A stretch of DNA of 64,000 nucleotides from Squalus acanthias. Lineage: Eukaryota. The stretch lies in the NCBI GenBank assembly GCA_030390025.1, contig CM059432.1, positions 108,378,001 to 108,442,000 on the forward strand, given 5' to 3'. Positions within the stretch are counted from its first letter, which is position 1, and each line of letters opens with the position of its first letter. Shown piece by piece: positions 1 to 13,391 of this stretch. The translations under genes and the position numbers were made by a program. The notes below the pieces were generated by a model. It made no database searches. It saw only the letters and a program-made list of their open reading frames with translations, and was not told where the DNA came from.

Positions 1-489
1 TACACAGCAGACACAAGTCTGCAAGCTAACAGCTGAACTGACAGTAAGAATAGAAAGAAGTCAACAGAAATATGACTAGAGATAATTAGCTGACATCAGC
101 AGAAAACTTCAAAGGATATACCACTGAGAAAGAGTATAAAAGATAGGATTTTCAAATGGGAAAACAGAAGTCGCTGGAAGGGGCAAGCGATTCTGAACTT
201 CAGAGGCAAGCTCTATAAGTTTTCAACTCTGAGTCTCGGGGATCAAAAAGGTACTTTTATTTGATTTTGGTGGATATTCTAGATTAGAAATAAGTACGAA
301 ATGTAAAAATGCAACGAAGTTAAGATTTGAGAATAAGGATCTCTGAGGAGAATTGTAAGCTATTTGTATTTTGAACTGTTAAAGTTGCGATTGACTCACC
401 AACTGTTAACTACATGTCAGTTCTTTAATAAATCTATATATTTTTAGAATTGTCTCACATAGTACTTCTGTACCAAACTCGTGAACTCA

Positions 490-780
490 GGGCTGGATTT
501 TGTCTTGGGGTTGGGTCATCCGCATTTCGTGTTCCCCCGCACCCCCCCGACTCCAGATTAATGTGGATGATGCAATTTTCACTTAATTGGGCAATTGAGT
601 TCCAGCATGTGGGAACCCATGAACTAATTAGTGGTTTCAGTCTGAAAGTCGCCTCTGATGATGTCATCATTGCAGGTCAGAGACTGACTGCCTGGTCTCA
701 GAGACTGACTGGATGTTGGTGAGAGAGGACCTGCCTGGCTTTCGCTGTGAGTGGACCTGGATGTATATATGAGAGAGAGA

Positions 781-814
<34 letters not shown>

Positions 815-1264
815 ATTTTTTTGCATCCAAGTCCTCTCACAGCAAAGGCCAGGCAGTCTCTGAACACATTCAATGCAGCAGCATCAGAGGCGACTTTCAG
901 ACCTAATACTACTACTACCTTCATCACATCTCCGTTGTAATAGTGGACCTGCAGCTCATAGTCAGCTATCCACTTGTGCTCCCGCCAGGTTTCACTGGAG
1001 TGTTTCACACCAGGCGTACTTCACGTCAGAAAAGGGTTAAACTAGCTAAAACGTTTCAAAATGGCATTACAGAGCCAATTTAGGGCTTGTTAAGGGCTTT
1101 AATGGCCTCTCCCGCCTCTTGGAGGCGGGACGGAGTCGGGAACCCCGCGACTGATTTTGTCAAAATTGCGTGGAGGCGGGATGGGGTCGGGACCCCCGAC
1201 CCCGCAAATTTAACCCCCCACACGCCTCCAAACCCGACTCCATGGGTCATTCAAAATCCAGCCC
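490..1264. mobile_element. Non-autonomous PIF/Harbinger-type MITE
   Basis: Perfect 13-bp TIR GGGCTGGATTTTG...CAAAATCCAGCCC with 3-bp TSD TCA on both sides. The TIR is identical to the right end of the Harbinger at 15100-17256. Confidence 0.85.
772..814. repeat. (GA)n microsatellite
   Basis: Directly visible gagaga run with a couple of interruptions. Confidence 0.95.
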
Positions 1265-1557
1265 TCAATCTCTGTACACTCTTTGGGGCGGAGTTGCAGA
1301 ATTCTGGGGGAGTTTTCCGGACCCTCATAATATCCGGAAGGTTACAGTCTAGTTAAACTTATTAAAAGTGCTATCTGGAGGACGGTAACATCTTCAAGTC
1401 GTTCCTTTCCTTTAGGGAGAGATAGTCTGGACCTTTAGACCCAATTAAGTGTCTTATAGGATTCGGCTATCTCTAACTTTAGTTGAAGGTGAACGTCTGG
1501 GGAATACGCCTGATCCGGGGTAGCCCGAAAAGGGCTAGGACTAGTAATTATCCCTTC

Positions 1558-1655
1558 AGGCGGTAGGTGGTAATCAGCAGGAGGTTACCTTGCCCATGCT
1601 TGACCTGAAGCCATGAGACTTCATGGGGTCCGGAGTCAATGTTGACAACTCCCAG
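1558..1655 (-). mobile_element. LINE APE-endonuclease fragment (second LINE family)
   Basis: Minus strand translates GVVNIDSGPHEVSWLQVKHGQGNLLLITTYR, a typical E-x-x-W...YRPP region of non-LTR endonucleases. Confidence 0.6.
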
Positions 1656-2010
1656 TAGCTTATTTCAGCTATCCATACCAAAGTCAACTATCCTGTGCAA
1701 AATCGAATGCATAATTACGTGACTTGCATCCCGCCATTTCTGCCTTGCCAATCTCTCCCTTTTAAAACCTGCTAATGATCCTCCTCTTCCATCAAGCATT
1801 TGCCCCATCCTTACCTTCTTTCTTACCCCATTGCCCGTTTTTACATAATGTGCACTATATAAATGCCAGTTGTTGCTGTTGCACGGTAAGTAACAATGGC
1901 TGCACTTTAAAGCACCTATTAAGTTAACTGGGCAAAGAAATTACATGTCTGATATTCAGTTGTTCCTGACACTTTTTGTAGAATTCAGAGAGATAGATCA
2001 ACAAGCTTAC

Positions 2011-2076
2011 CTTGTTTGCCCCTGTGATGAACTGCTTGCTGCTGGATCTGCCAAACTGTGGGTGAAGAGCCACTAT
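2011..2076 (-). CDS. VPS41: VPS41 coding exon (66 nt; IVALHPQFGRSSSKQFITGANK)
   Basis: Acceptor catttttattttag, donor gtaagc. Matches human IIAVHPHFVRSSCKQFVTGGKK. The gene continues beyond position 1. Confidence 0.95.
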
Positions 2077-2137
2077 CTAAAATAAAAATGAAACAAAATC
2101 AAACTGAGAATGGCTAATAGTACTTGCATTGTACACT

Positions 2138-2300
2138 TTTTTTTTTAGGTCCTTCTCGGGATGTGGGTGTCGTTGGTAAGGCAGAGATTTATTGCCTGTC
2201 CCTATCTACCGTGAGAAATTGGCGGTAGGTCACATTCTTGGACCACTGCAGTCCATGTGGTGAAGGTTCTCCCACAACACTGTTAGGTAGGGAGTTCGCG
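2138..2300 (-). mobile_element. Degenerate 3' end of a LINE (same tail family as 52049-52237)
   Basis: Reverse complement resembles 52049-52237 (gaactccct...ctgcagcggttcaag...gggcaataaat...cccacatccc plus A-tail). Confidence 0.6.
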
Positions 2301-3569
2301 GAATGTACAGGGAATGACTCAGCCTTAGCCAGACAAAGATTGTCTGCAATTAGTTGGCTGCTCCCTCCAGTATCTCCTTAGACTCGTATTTCCAATAGCT
2401 CTCCCGTGGAATCCTCTGTACACCCCCCCCGTGCTGGAGTTAATGGACTGCAATTACAGCAGAAAACACTACCTGCCTCACTACATCCACTTGGGAGCAT
2501 CAGGATCAATGTATCTGTGAAGTTTATATCGTGCGTACAGAATGTTTATGGGTTTTAACTCCCCAAATTTGTTTTCTGCAGTCCCCACTGAACAATAATT
2601 TTTTTCCCCACGACAAATTTTGAATGAGGGGCTGGTAAGAAAAGCAGTAAAAATCTAAATGTCACTTGATGGTTCATTTGTAAAGCAGAATACAGAGTGA
2701 CAACTTATATATTGTTTATAAATAATCCTCCGCACTACACACTTCCCTCAGCTACCACATTTTCAGACAATGCATGTGCGGTCAGGGGTAGGCGACTGTT
2801 GCACTGCAGGAGTTGCTGCTAAATCCATGCAGCAAGCAGGTGGTTTGTGAAGCAAACTTAATCTACTTACGTGACCAATTACTGTTGCACGAGTTATGTA
2901 TATGAGCAGGAGACTTATGTTTACAGAATTTTCTGGAATTAATCACTGAATTACAACCTTTTTCTGTTATTACACAGTGGTTACAAATTAGCTCTGCTTC
3001 AATAGATTTTCAGCTTTTCACAAGATTGAAAATCGATAAAACTCTTACTAGCCTCAGGGGTACAGCAGTGAGTGGTAGAATGTGGGTTCCTTTCAAGAGA
3101 TTCCCAACACAGGGAGTTTCCAACCTCAACAGCAGTGATCTGCATGCACATTATCAATGAAGGGAGGCAAAACGGAAGCTTTAGCCAACTCGTAGCATTC
3201 ACTTTAGCTGGTTAACAGATGGTGCATGCAGTATGTGGCAGCAAGAAATGTGAATGAACGAGAAGCACAACAGAACATTTTAGTAATGGCATTTATCTAT
3301 TCAAATCTCTCACAGCAACTCACTATCCGTGCCTCTTTTTAAAAGCCAAGCCATTACAAATATTAATGATTAACTAGCCAGATTTTGTTTAGAAGGGCTA
3401 GATGGCACAGATGCCTTTTCACTAGAAACCTGGGTTTGAATTCAGCCAGACTTGTGGTACAACATGCTCATCTCCCAGCCAGCTTTAAGGGTCCTGCCTG
3501 AATTGTGTTTGAGCAGTCTCAGTGCAGAGATAAGAACACAGTGGTAATAATTTCATGGTGATTTAGGCT

Positions 3570-3945
3570 GGCACTTCAGTGTATTAGTGAGGGAAAGTGC
3601 TGCATTGTCAGAGTTGGCATCCCTTGGATGAGAAGTTCTCCCTTGGATGAGAAGAAACCAAGGCCTCGCCTGCTTGATCAAGTAGACATTAAAACATCTC
3701 AAGATACTATTTAAAAAAAGAGTAGGGACTTCTCCCGAAGCATTCTTTCCTCAATCAACATGACTGAAAGCAGATTATCTGGTCATTTATCTCAATGTTG
3801 TTTGTGGGATCTTTCTATGCATATAATAGCTGTTGATTCTGCCTATAAAATAACTGTGACTACACTTCAAAAGTAATTTATTGAAGCACTTTGGAATGTT
3901 TCCAAGAAATAGAATAAGACGATATATAAATGCAAGCTTTTTATT
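3570..3945 (+). mobile_element. Deu-domain SINE (SacSINE1/AmnSINE-like), degenerate
   Basis: Shares body and tail (...tatataaatgcaag) with copies at 4895, 17676, 20588 and 34948. Confidence 0.7.
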
Positions 3946-4602
3946 TTTCTAATTGGCAATCAAATTCAAAAGTAAAAAGTCTGCTGGGTATGAGGGGAAT
4001 AAAACGTTACACTGGTGCAAGAAACACTTTTCCGAGGTTCGTACTAAGGCATATTTTTGAGACAGACTAAAGGGAGCTTTCTGGTGCTGGCACTTTTGCA
4101 CTGATGTGCTGTGGTTTCATCTGCGCATTAATGCAAAAGTGGCAGTACAACTCTGGAATCAGGTTCCAATCTAATTTTGGAAAGACTAAAGGCAAGTGGT
4201 GAGAGGATCCACCGGCGATGTCATTTCATGCTGCTTAGGTTTGGCACCGCATGCAGTATAAATCCAGTCCAATGTGGAGCTGGATTCGCTGGATCCCCTG
4301 GGAACTTTACAAACATACAGTGGATTCTTTCTTTTCCAATCTTTTGAAAAAGTGGGCACGCCTGCTCTTTCAAAATATAAAACATTTTCAATGGGACTCT
4401 TGGCCCAGATGTGAGCACATATAGGCAACAGGGTGTGATTCACAGCCATGGGAAGCTGACAATATAATACTGGCCTTACCAGCTGTGTTTCACATTCTGC
4501 AGCTATTGATCTCAAGAGCACTAGGCCAGTACAAGCACAGCCTTAATTTGCATCTAATTCAGGGATGTACCTGGCCTGGTGGGACTTGACACGGTTATTA
4601 AA

Positions 4603-5238
4603 TGAAAGAACTTGTATTTATATAGCACCTTTCACAATCTCAGGACATCCCACAGCCAATGAAGTACTTTTGAAGTGTAGTCACTGTTGTAATGTAGGAA
4701 ATGCAGTCATCAATTTGCGCACAGCAAGGTCCCACAAACAGTAATGAGATAATGGCCAGATAATCTGTTTAGTAATGCTGGTTGAGGGAAAAATATTGGC
4801 CAGCACACTGGGGAGAACGCCCCCCGTTCTTCTTCAAATAGTGCCATGGGATCTTTTACGTCCACCTGAGAGACTTGAGCACAAAATCTAGGCTGAGACT
4901 TCAGTGCAATACTGAGGGAGTGCTGCACTGTCGGAGATGCAGTCTTTCAGATTAGTTGTTAAATCAAGGCCCTGTCTGCCCGCTCAGTTGACGTAAAAGT
5001 TTCCGCAGCACTATTTGAAGAGCAGACGAGTTCTCCCAGTGTGCTGGACAATATTTATCTCTGAACCAACATTGTTAAAAAATAGATTCTCTGGTCATTT
5101 ATCTCGCTGTTGTTTGTGGGACATAGCTGTGTGCAAATTGGCTGCCACGTTTCAAAAGTACTTCATTGGCTGTAAAGTGCTCTCGCATGGCCTGAGGTTG
5201 TGAAAGGCGCTATATAAAATGCAAGTTCCTTCTTTCTT
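4603..5238. mobile_element. Two Deu-domain SINE copies in inverted orientation (minus ~4603-4880, plus ~4895-5238)
   Basis: The left copy is the reverse complement of the right copy's body and tail (tttatatagcaccttt vs aaaggcgctatataaa; gccaatgaagtacttttgaa vs ttcaaaagtacttcattggc). Confidence 0.8.
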
Positions 5239-6161
5239 ACTGAGCTGAACAGTCAGAGGGAATTGAACTATCATTGGTTGATAACATTACCACAGAGGGC
5301 TTCATCTTCCTAAGGTTAAGCAACTCCTCAAAGCCAGTCCCCCCAGTGAGATCACCACTTAGAGAATAATTCAAAAAAAAAACAAAGGGATAGTCAACTA
5401 AAGTCTTTGGAGTGCTTTGCTTTTTAAAAGGACAAGTGATACACAGAATCCTGTCTACTTACTAACCTTGGTTCTAACACAGTAATTTTGAGGTGCTGAG
5501 GTCACAAACCCCAAATAGTAGAAATTGCCATCTGCAGTTGTAATGTTTAACTTTTGTAAGAATTCAACAGGAAAGCTCTTAAGTGAAGTATAGACATAGC
5601 CATCGATTATTTATAAAAAAGTAATTCAAGGATGAGAAATATCTTCATGCTGAATTTGTTGTGAATCGATTGCAGATTTTGTAATTGCCAAGGTACACAG
5701 TGAAATTCAGAACAAGTAAGGCAGCCAGCCACCTTGAATTTAAATGGAAAACTCCCACTATGAAAAGGAATAGTCTCAATGGTGGGGGAAGATCATGATT
5801 TTAAACTTGGTGTCAGTTCACCACAAGATTAAAGAGCTAATTTTGCAAGGCTCCCCAGCCAGTATGGAGCCACGCTAGACGCGAGTACAGGTCAAAAATA
5901 GGACTATAACTCTGATTCTTCAACTTGTGCTCGCTGCTAGTGAGACTGCGTGCTGGCAGTGAAATTGTGCAACATTACCCCTCGTGGTTATTGAGAAGAG
6001 TCCGTCCAATTTGGACAGATACTCAGCAATGTAACACATGTAACCAAAAATATGGGTGTTACTGATGGTGATCGGTGTGAATTTTTTTGATAAACCAAGA
6101 GAAGGACAGATAAGGGAAGCCATTCGGCCCATCTCGCTCATTCTTCCACAGAAATGTATGT

Positions 6162-6598
6162 TCTAGAAACATAGAAACATAGAATCTAGGAGCAGGAGTA
6201 GGCCATTCGGCCCGTCGAGCCTGCTCCACCATTCAATATGATCATGGCTGATCATCCAAATCCAGTACCCTGTCCCTGCTTTAATCCCCACAGTACACAT
6301 ATCCCACCCTACCCCCGTAACCCCACGTATTTAATTCCCCCCGACATATCCCATCCTATCCCCATAACCCCACATATTTAATACCCCCCTAACACTAAGG
6401 GTCAATTTATCATAGCCAAATCAACCTAACCCGCACATTTTTGGACTGTGGGAGGAAACCGGAGCACCCGGAGGAAACCCACGCAGACATGGGGAGAATG
6501 TGCAAACTCCACACAGACAGTCACCCGAGGTCAGATTCGAACCCGGGTCCCTGGCGCTGTGAGGCACCAGTGCTAACCACTATGCCACCGTGTTGCCC
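6162..6598 (-). mobile_element. HE1-like V-SINE (tRNA head, V-domain, CR1/HER1-type 3' tail)
   Basis: Head and body are near-identical reverse complements of 11266-11586. A/B boxes present; CR1-type tail ending in (tttctatg)n. Confidence 0.9.
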
Positions 6599-7091
6599 AT
6601 CACAGCACCCAATTCCTAAAATGACGCTAGAATTTTTGCCTCGACAACCCTCGCCAGAGACCATTCCAGAGATTGATCACTGTGATCGTATTGCATAGTT
6701 TTCATACTCGCAAAGGGTAAAGATGACATAGACAGCAGTAAAGAAGAGAGATAAGACCATTTGAACTTAAGTCCAAGAGTAGTAGGGATGGACTGAAGGA
6801 ACTGCAGTTATTCTACTTGAAGCAAAGATTGTTAAGAGTGATACAATTTAATAATTCTAAGTGACGAAAAGAATAAACCAGAAATGAGTGAATCCGTCAT
6901 ACTGGAGATATCCCATAGACCAAGTACAACAGCAAAATTTGGAAGAAAAATGTCTATTGAGGAAAAGTACAAAGTATTTAATTTTCTCTCAGACTAGTTG
7001 AAGTGGTATATAATTGCCATCTTGTGTGCTTGCATAGGGTTCACAAGCACTCAATTTGATAAAGGTAGGCAATTGAGGGTTAGGAATTATT

Positions 7092-7805
7092 GGCTTGGAT
7101 TTTGCATTAATAACGCTGAGTGCTTACCGTTATTATGGAGAAAATTGGACAGCAACTTCTGCCGTCCGCACATGTGCATTTAAACGCAGAAATTCGGAAG
7201 TTGCAGTCAGAGATACCCTGCTCCTCCATGGGGTGTGCTATAGCTGTCCTCATCGATAGACTCGACATTGAATGACATGCAATGGCGTGAACTTGGGGTA
7301 CTTGCCCACTAAAGACGCCAGAAAAAGTTAGGACTGGTGCATTCAGGAGTAAGTGATTTTTTTTTTTTAAAGGTGTGATAATTGACAATTACTGCCAAAC
7401 AATCTCTCTGGCCCTGAAAATTTAATTTTACAAGTGTGGCGTCTCATTCCCTCAAAGGTTACTTAGTGTTGGAGATTAACATTTTTTTTTACTATTTCTG
7501 TGTCTCTCTCTTAATCTCATCTGTCTTTCCCAATCTTTATTCCACTTTCCGTACATGATTTAAATCTAACTTATACTTCCTGCTTCATACATCCAAGTTT
7601 AGATTTTGCGTGTCTCAGTGAGGAGTCTTCAATCCTCGCTGTTTCTTTCCCTGCTCACAGATGCCCTGTAGAAGGCACCGCGCTGGATCAGATGCCCGAT
7701 TAGAGCAAGTCTACGCTCTAAAGCCCACAAAAACTTTGTGGGCAGCTGTCGAGCGAGCTGAATGACAAGCCCCAGCCCTTTGCTGCTGACAGCAAAATCC
7801 GAGCC
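7092..7805. mobile_element. Harbinger-type MITE
   Basis: 14-bp TIR GGCTTGGATTTTGC / GCAAAATCCGAGCC (1 mismatch), 3-bp TSD ATT. Confidence 0.8.
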
Positions 7806-7834
7806 ATTGCATTTATAATGAGTTGCATTTTGAA

Positions 7835-8285
7835 TACTACATTTGGTTCTAGTTATCATGGCACAAGGAAAACACTGAAGCCCTGAAAGTGGGGTAGAGG
7901 GAACAGCCACGAAGCTGATTCCTGCTATCAGAGAACTGTGTTATGAGGAAAGGTTAGAAAAACTTGGAAACGTCAGCCTTGGAAAGAGGTGAATGAGGGG
8001 GGATCTTAAAGGTCAGTAAGATACTAAGTGGAATAGAAAGGGTTGACCCGAGTCACTATTTCAAGTTATATCCTGACTGAACATGGGTAAAAACTGTTGA
8101 AAGAAAAGCTTGGGACTGATGTCAGGAAGCACTTCTACACACAGAGTTATCAATACCCAGAAGCGTCTCCAAATAGGTGAAGAGGCATAAACTCCAGTCA
8201 TTTTGGCAGTTAGATGCTGTGATGGAAGAAGTCATAGGTTTCTATAGAAAGGATGAGCTAGATGGGCCGAATGGCCTCCCGCATC
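7835..8285 (+). mobile_element. Old, degenerate CR1 3' fragment
   Basis: Residual RT C-terminal DNA similarity to younger copies and the CR1 tail motif gatgggccgaatggcct. Confidence 0.65.
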
Positions 8286-8887
8286 TGTCATTCTCTTGGC
8301 TTACCAAAAACATTCACAAGGATCACCAACAGCTTAACCCATTTATTAATGTGGAATTATTTGACACCAAATATTTAAAAAGCAGCTTCAATGTGTGATT
8401 ATTTATTATGTATTTGGACAAGAACAGGCCATTAGTCCCATATGCATTGGTCCATTTTTTTGGTGGACTCATCCCCTTTCTTCCCTCCTGCATTACATTT
8501 CCTGGGAGAGGCAAAAACACAGAGACTTGTAGCCAGTTTAAGATGCCTCTGTCAAAAATTCTTCTCTGACCCCTCAAAGGCGATGATCCCAGAAGGCCCC
8601 AAACCAGTTAGTGATTACCCAAAGTCTTGCCTTACTTCTGCAATAATCATGTCATATTTCAAAAATGCCATTGTGAAGGGAGTGCAAGGAGTCAATCCTC
8701 ACTACCATCTCCGGAATCCTGTTCCACAGGTCGATCACCTTCTGCATGTCAAATCTCGCCCCCGATTCCTCAACTTCCATAGATGGCCCCGAGTTCTACC
8801 TGACTCCATCAACTCACAAAACCTACCTATGTGCACATTGTCTATGATTTCAAAATCCCTCCAAGTCTACAGTTCTCCAGCAATAAC

Positions 8888-11800
8888 TAGGGCTGTAGAT
8901 AGGGCTTTAAACTAAAAAAAGGGGGGGGGGTCAGGTGAGGGGAAATTTAGAAAGCTAAAGTGAAAAGTCAAGGAAATAGAGCAGTGTACTGATCTGGGTA
9001 AAGGTAAGCAGAGTGTGACGGGAAGGGACAGAGGGTGTAACAGGAATAGTACATCAGCGAATAAGGTTACAGCAGGGAATGATGGTAAAAAATTGAAATT
9101 AATGCCTCTTTATCTGAATGCATGAAGCATTCGTAACAAGACAGATGAACTAGTGGCAAAAATAGAGATAAATGGGTTTGATCGAATAGCCATTACAGAG
9201 ATGTGATTGCAAGGTGACCAAGGTTGGAAACTAAATTTTCCAGGGTACCTGATGTTTTGAAAAGACAGGCAGAATGGAAAAGTGGGGGAGGGGGTAGCCC
9301 TGATAAAAGATGACATAAGGACCGTAGTGAGAGGGGATCTTGGCTCAGAAGATCAGGAATTAGAATCAGTATGGTGGAGATAATGAATAACATGGGGCAG
9401 AAAACGCCGGTGGGAGTAGTTTATAGGCCCCCTAACAGTAGCTATACTGTTGGATAGAACGTTAATCAAGAAATAATAGGAGCTTTTAACAAAGGTAATG
9501 CAATAATCGTGGGGGACTTTAATCTGCATATAGACTGGACAAATCAAATTGGCAAAGGTTGTCTGGAGTATGAGTTCATGGAATGCATTCGAGAAGGTTT
9601 CCTAGAACAATACGTCATGGAACCAACCAGGGAACAGGATATTTTAGATCTTGTATTGTGTAATGAGACAGGGTTAATTTGTAATCTCATAGTAAAGGAT
9701 CCTCTGGGGAAGAGTGACCATATTATGATAGAACTTCACATTAAGTGTAAGAGTGACATACTTAAGCCCGAAACGAGAGTCTTAAACTTAAATAAAGCCA
9801 ATTATGTAGGTAAGAGGTGCGAGTAGTGAAAATAGATTAAAAGGTATGACAGTAGATAAGCAGTGGCAAACATTTAAAGAAATATTCCAAAATTCTCAAC
9901 GAATATCCATTCCATTGAGAAATAATAACTCCATGGGAAAAGTGATCCATCCGTGGCTAACTAAGTAAGTTAAGGATAGTGTTAGATTAAAAGAGACTTA
10001 TAATGTTGCAAAGGATAGTAGTAAGCCTGAGGATTGGGAGAGCTTTAGAAACCAACAAAGGATGATCAAAAAATTGATAAAATGGGAGAAAATAGAATAT
10101 AAGAGTAAACTAGCAACAAATATAAAAACAGATTGTAAGAGCTTCTACAAGTATGTAAAAAGGACGAGTAGCAGAAAAAGTAAGCATTGGCCCCTTAGAG
10201 GCTGAGACAGGGGAAATTATAATGGGGAATAAGGAAATGGCAGAGACTTTAAACAAACATTTTGTATCTGTTTTCACAGTAGAAGAAACAAAAAGCATTC
10301 CAAGGGGCTAATGAATGATGAACTTAAAGTAATTAATATCAGTAGAGAAAAAGTACTTGAGAAACTAATGGGACTAAAAGGCGACAAATCTCCTGAACCT
10401 GATGGCCGACATCGTAGGGTTTTAAAAGAGGTGGCAGCAGAGATAGTGGATGCATTGGTTGTGATCTTCCAAAATTCCCGAGATTCTACAACGGTCCCAG
10501 CGGATTGGAAGATAGCAACTGTAACACCGCTATTCAAGAAAGGAGGGAGAGAGAAAACAGGGAATTCCTGGCCAGTTAGCCTGGCATCGGTCATCGGGAA
10601 AATGCTGGAATCCATTGTTAAGGAAGTGGTAACAGGGCACATAGAAAATCATAATATGATTAGGCAGAGTCAACATTGGTTTTATGAAAGGGAAATTGTG
10701 TTTGACAAATTTATTAAGAGTCTTTTGAGGATGTAACTAGCAGGGTAGATAAAGGGGAACAAGTGGATGTAGTATATTTGGATTTCCAAAAAGACATTCG
10801 ATAAGGTGCAACATAATAGGCTGTTATGCAGGATAAGGGCTCATGGGTTAGGGGTAATATAGTAGCATGCATAGAGGATTGGTTAACGGACAGAAAACAG
10901 AGAGTAGGGATAAACGGGTCATTTTCAGGTTGGCAGGCTGTAACTAGTGGGGTGCCTCAGCTATTTACAATTTATATTAATAACTTAGATGAAGGGACCG
11001 AGTGTAATATATCCAAGTTTGCTGACGCTACAAAGCTAAGTGGGAAAGTAAGCTGTGAGGAGGACACAAAGAGCCTGCAAATGGATATAGACAGGTTAAG
11101 TGAGATGGAGTATAATGTGGGGAAATGTGAGGTTATTAATTTTGGTAGGAAGAACAGAAAAACAGATTTATTTTTTTTAAATCGTGAGAAACTATTAAAT
11201 GTTGGTATTCAGAGAGATTTAGGTGTCCTCATACAGGAAACACAGAGTTAGCATGCAAGCAATTAGGGCAACACGGTGGCATAGTGGTTAGCACTGTTGC
11301 CTCACAGCGCCAGGGACCCAGGTTCGAATCCGGCCTCGGGTGACTGTCTGTGTGGAGTTTGCACATTCTCCCCGTGTCTGCGTGGGTTTCCTCCGGGTGC
11401 TCCGGTTTCCTCCCACAGTCCAAAGATGTGCGGGTTAGGTTGATTTGGCTATGATAAATTGACCCTTAGTGTTAGGGGGATTAAATACGTGGGGTTACGG
11501 GGATAGGGTGGGATATGTGTTGGTGCAGGCTCGATGGGCCGAAATGGCCTCTATCTGCATTGTGGGGATTCTGTGATTCTTCTGTGAAGACAAATAGCAT
11601 GTTGACCTTTATTGCAAGGGCGTTGGAGTACAAGAGTAAGGAAGTCTTGCTACAATTGTATATGGCTTTGGTGAGACCACACCTGGAGTACTCTGCACAG
11701 TTTTGGTCTCCATACCGAAGGAAGGATATACTTGCCTTCGAGGCGGTGCAACGAAGATTCACTAGATTGATCCCTGGGATGAGCGGGTTGTCCTATGAGG

Positions 11801-12217
11801 AGAAAGTGGGCCTATACTCTCTGGAGTTTGGAAGAATCAGAGGTGGTCTCAATGAAACATACAAGATTTTGAGGGGGATTGACAGGGTAGATGCTGAGAG
11901 GTTGTTTCCCCTGGCTGGAGTGTCTAGAACTCGGGGCCACAGACTCAGGATAAGAGGTAGGCCATTTAAGATTGAGATGAGGAGGAATTTCTTCACTCAG
12001 AGGTTGTGAATCTTTGGAAATCTCTACCCCAAAGGGCTGTGATGCTGCATCGTTGAATATATTCAAGGCTGAGATAGATAGATTTTTGGACTCTAGGGAA
12101 ATTAAGGGATATGGAGATTGGGTGGGAAAGTGGAATTGAGGTTGAAGATCAGCCATGATCTTATTGAATGGCAGAGCAGGCTCGAGGGGCCGTATGGCCT
12201 ACTCCTGCTCCCTAATA
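8888..12217 (+). mobile_element. CR1/HER1 LINE, 5'-truncated, ORF2 (EN+RT) pseudogenised; carries a SINE insertion
   Basis: Fragments GDFNLHIDW, LDLVL, SDH, FKKGGREKTGN, VRPHLEY, RRNFFTQR with multiple stops and frameshifts. Confidence 0.93.
11266..11586 (+). mobile_element. HE1-like V-SINE nested in CR1
   Basis: A box TGGCATAGTGG, B box GGTTCGAATCC, V-domain tgtgtggagtttgcacattctccccgtgtctgcgtgggtttcctccggg. Interrupts CR1 at gcaattagg|aag. Confidence 0.92.
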
Positions 12218-13390
12218 AGTGAAGGGGCTGTGACAGAGTCCACGATGAGCGAAGAAGTGGAAAGCATTGCTGATGATGACGGAATGCTCATACCTAATCC
12301 TTCTTCTCACATCCCACTTCCTCCTCATCCCACAATCTCTTCTCACTTACAAGCTGCTGATAGCGTCTGCATGGATATCTTGCTTTCCCCCTCCCCTCAC
12401 CACAACCCGACCCTTGTGCCTTTCTGCTTTCAGATACGCTACAATTGCAACCTGGTCAGCCTGTCCCTGAACTTGAGGAAGAGACTGACGGAGGAGATGA
12501 AGACACATCGGAGCTGCATCTGACACTCACAGGCACCAGTTCAGAAGCTGGCACTGCGCGGACTTTAGAGGGTGGTATAGAGGTGGGATCTGCATGTGGT
12601 AAGTCACTGGGCACGGGTGGGCTACAGCCAGGCTAGGGGAAAAGGGTAGCGCAGGTGCCAGCTCCCCAGAGGGCGAGTTCGCGCATGAGCTCTGCTGCAC
12701 AGGACTCAGATGATGACCTCGATGGGGCAGCCCTCAGAAGAACGGTGATGGGCATGCACACAGAAATGCTAGGTGCAATGGCAAGCCTGCCAGAGAGCCT
12801 CTTGTCAGTGTCAAGGAGCATATGAAGGAATCCAGCTCCAAAATTGGACGGGGCTTTGCGCATGGCTTGGAGCCCATGATTTCCAGGATGGAAATGAGGG
12901 GCACTCCATGAGAGACCTTGTGGACCCAAAGATGATGCTGCATTTTGATGGGTGATCTTGCAGCTTCCATGGCAGTACAGGCGGAAGCGACCCAACGTCT
13001 CAATGCTGCAGTAGAAGCATAGTCTGCTTTCCTGCAGTCTCAGCTTGCTTCCACGCAACCTCAGATTGCTGCCATCGTCGCTGAGTTTACAAAGGGACTT
13101 TCAGGGTATCGCAGCAGTCCAGCAATCTGTGCCCTGGGGGAAGTGGCAGTGGCTCCATGGAGCAAGAACCTGCTGTCCTCTCTCAGGATGACAGCATTTC
13201 TACTCACACCACTGCCACTCTGCCAGTGCCCTTGCTGCTGCCTGTCAGCCAGCCAGCCTGCCTAGACTGTTGCTGCCCAATGTCCCCCGTAATTTTTTTT
13301 TGGGTGCGTGGTCCCTTTAATGGGGCTGCGCGGCCCATTCAAAATTTCGTGCATGTGCGAAATCTCCCATTGAGAAGCTGGTAAGCGGCC
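12218..13390 (+). mobile_element. Repetitive coding-like fragment, probably the C-terminal part of a Harbinger accessory (Myb/SANT) protein gene
   Basis: Homologous to 22158-22519 ([24 protein letters not shown] vs [24 protein letters not shown]). Acceptor ctttcag at ~12433; acidic and helical character; contains stops. The family assignment is inference. Confidence 0.5.
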
Positions 13391-13391
13391 T

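Noticed and set aside
1..460. Possible LTR (AATAAA, ends in CA)
   Set aside because: No partner LTR, PBS or PPT visible; truncated by the window edge.
11266..11340. tRNA gene
   Set aside because: A/B boxes run directly into the V-domain and LINE tail; this is a SINE head (same for ~6525-6598).
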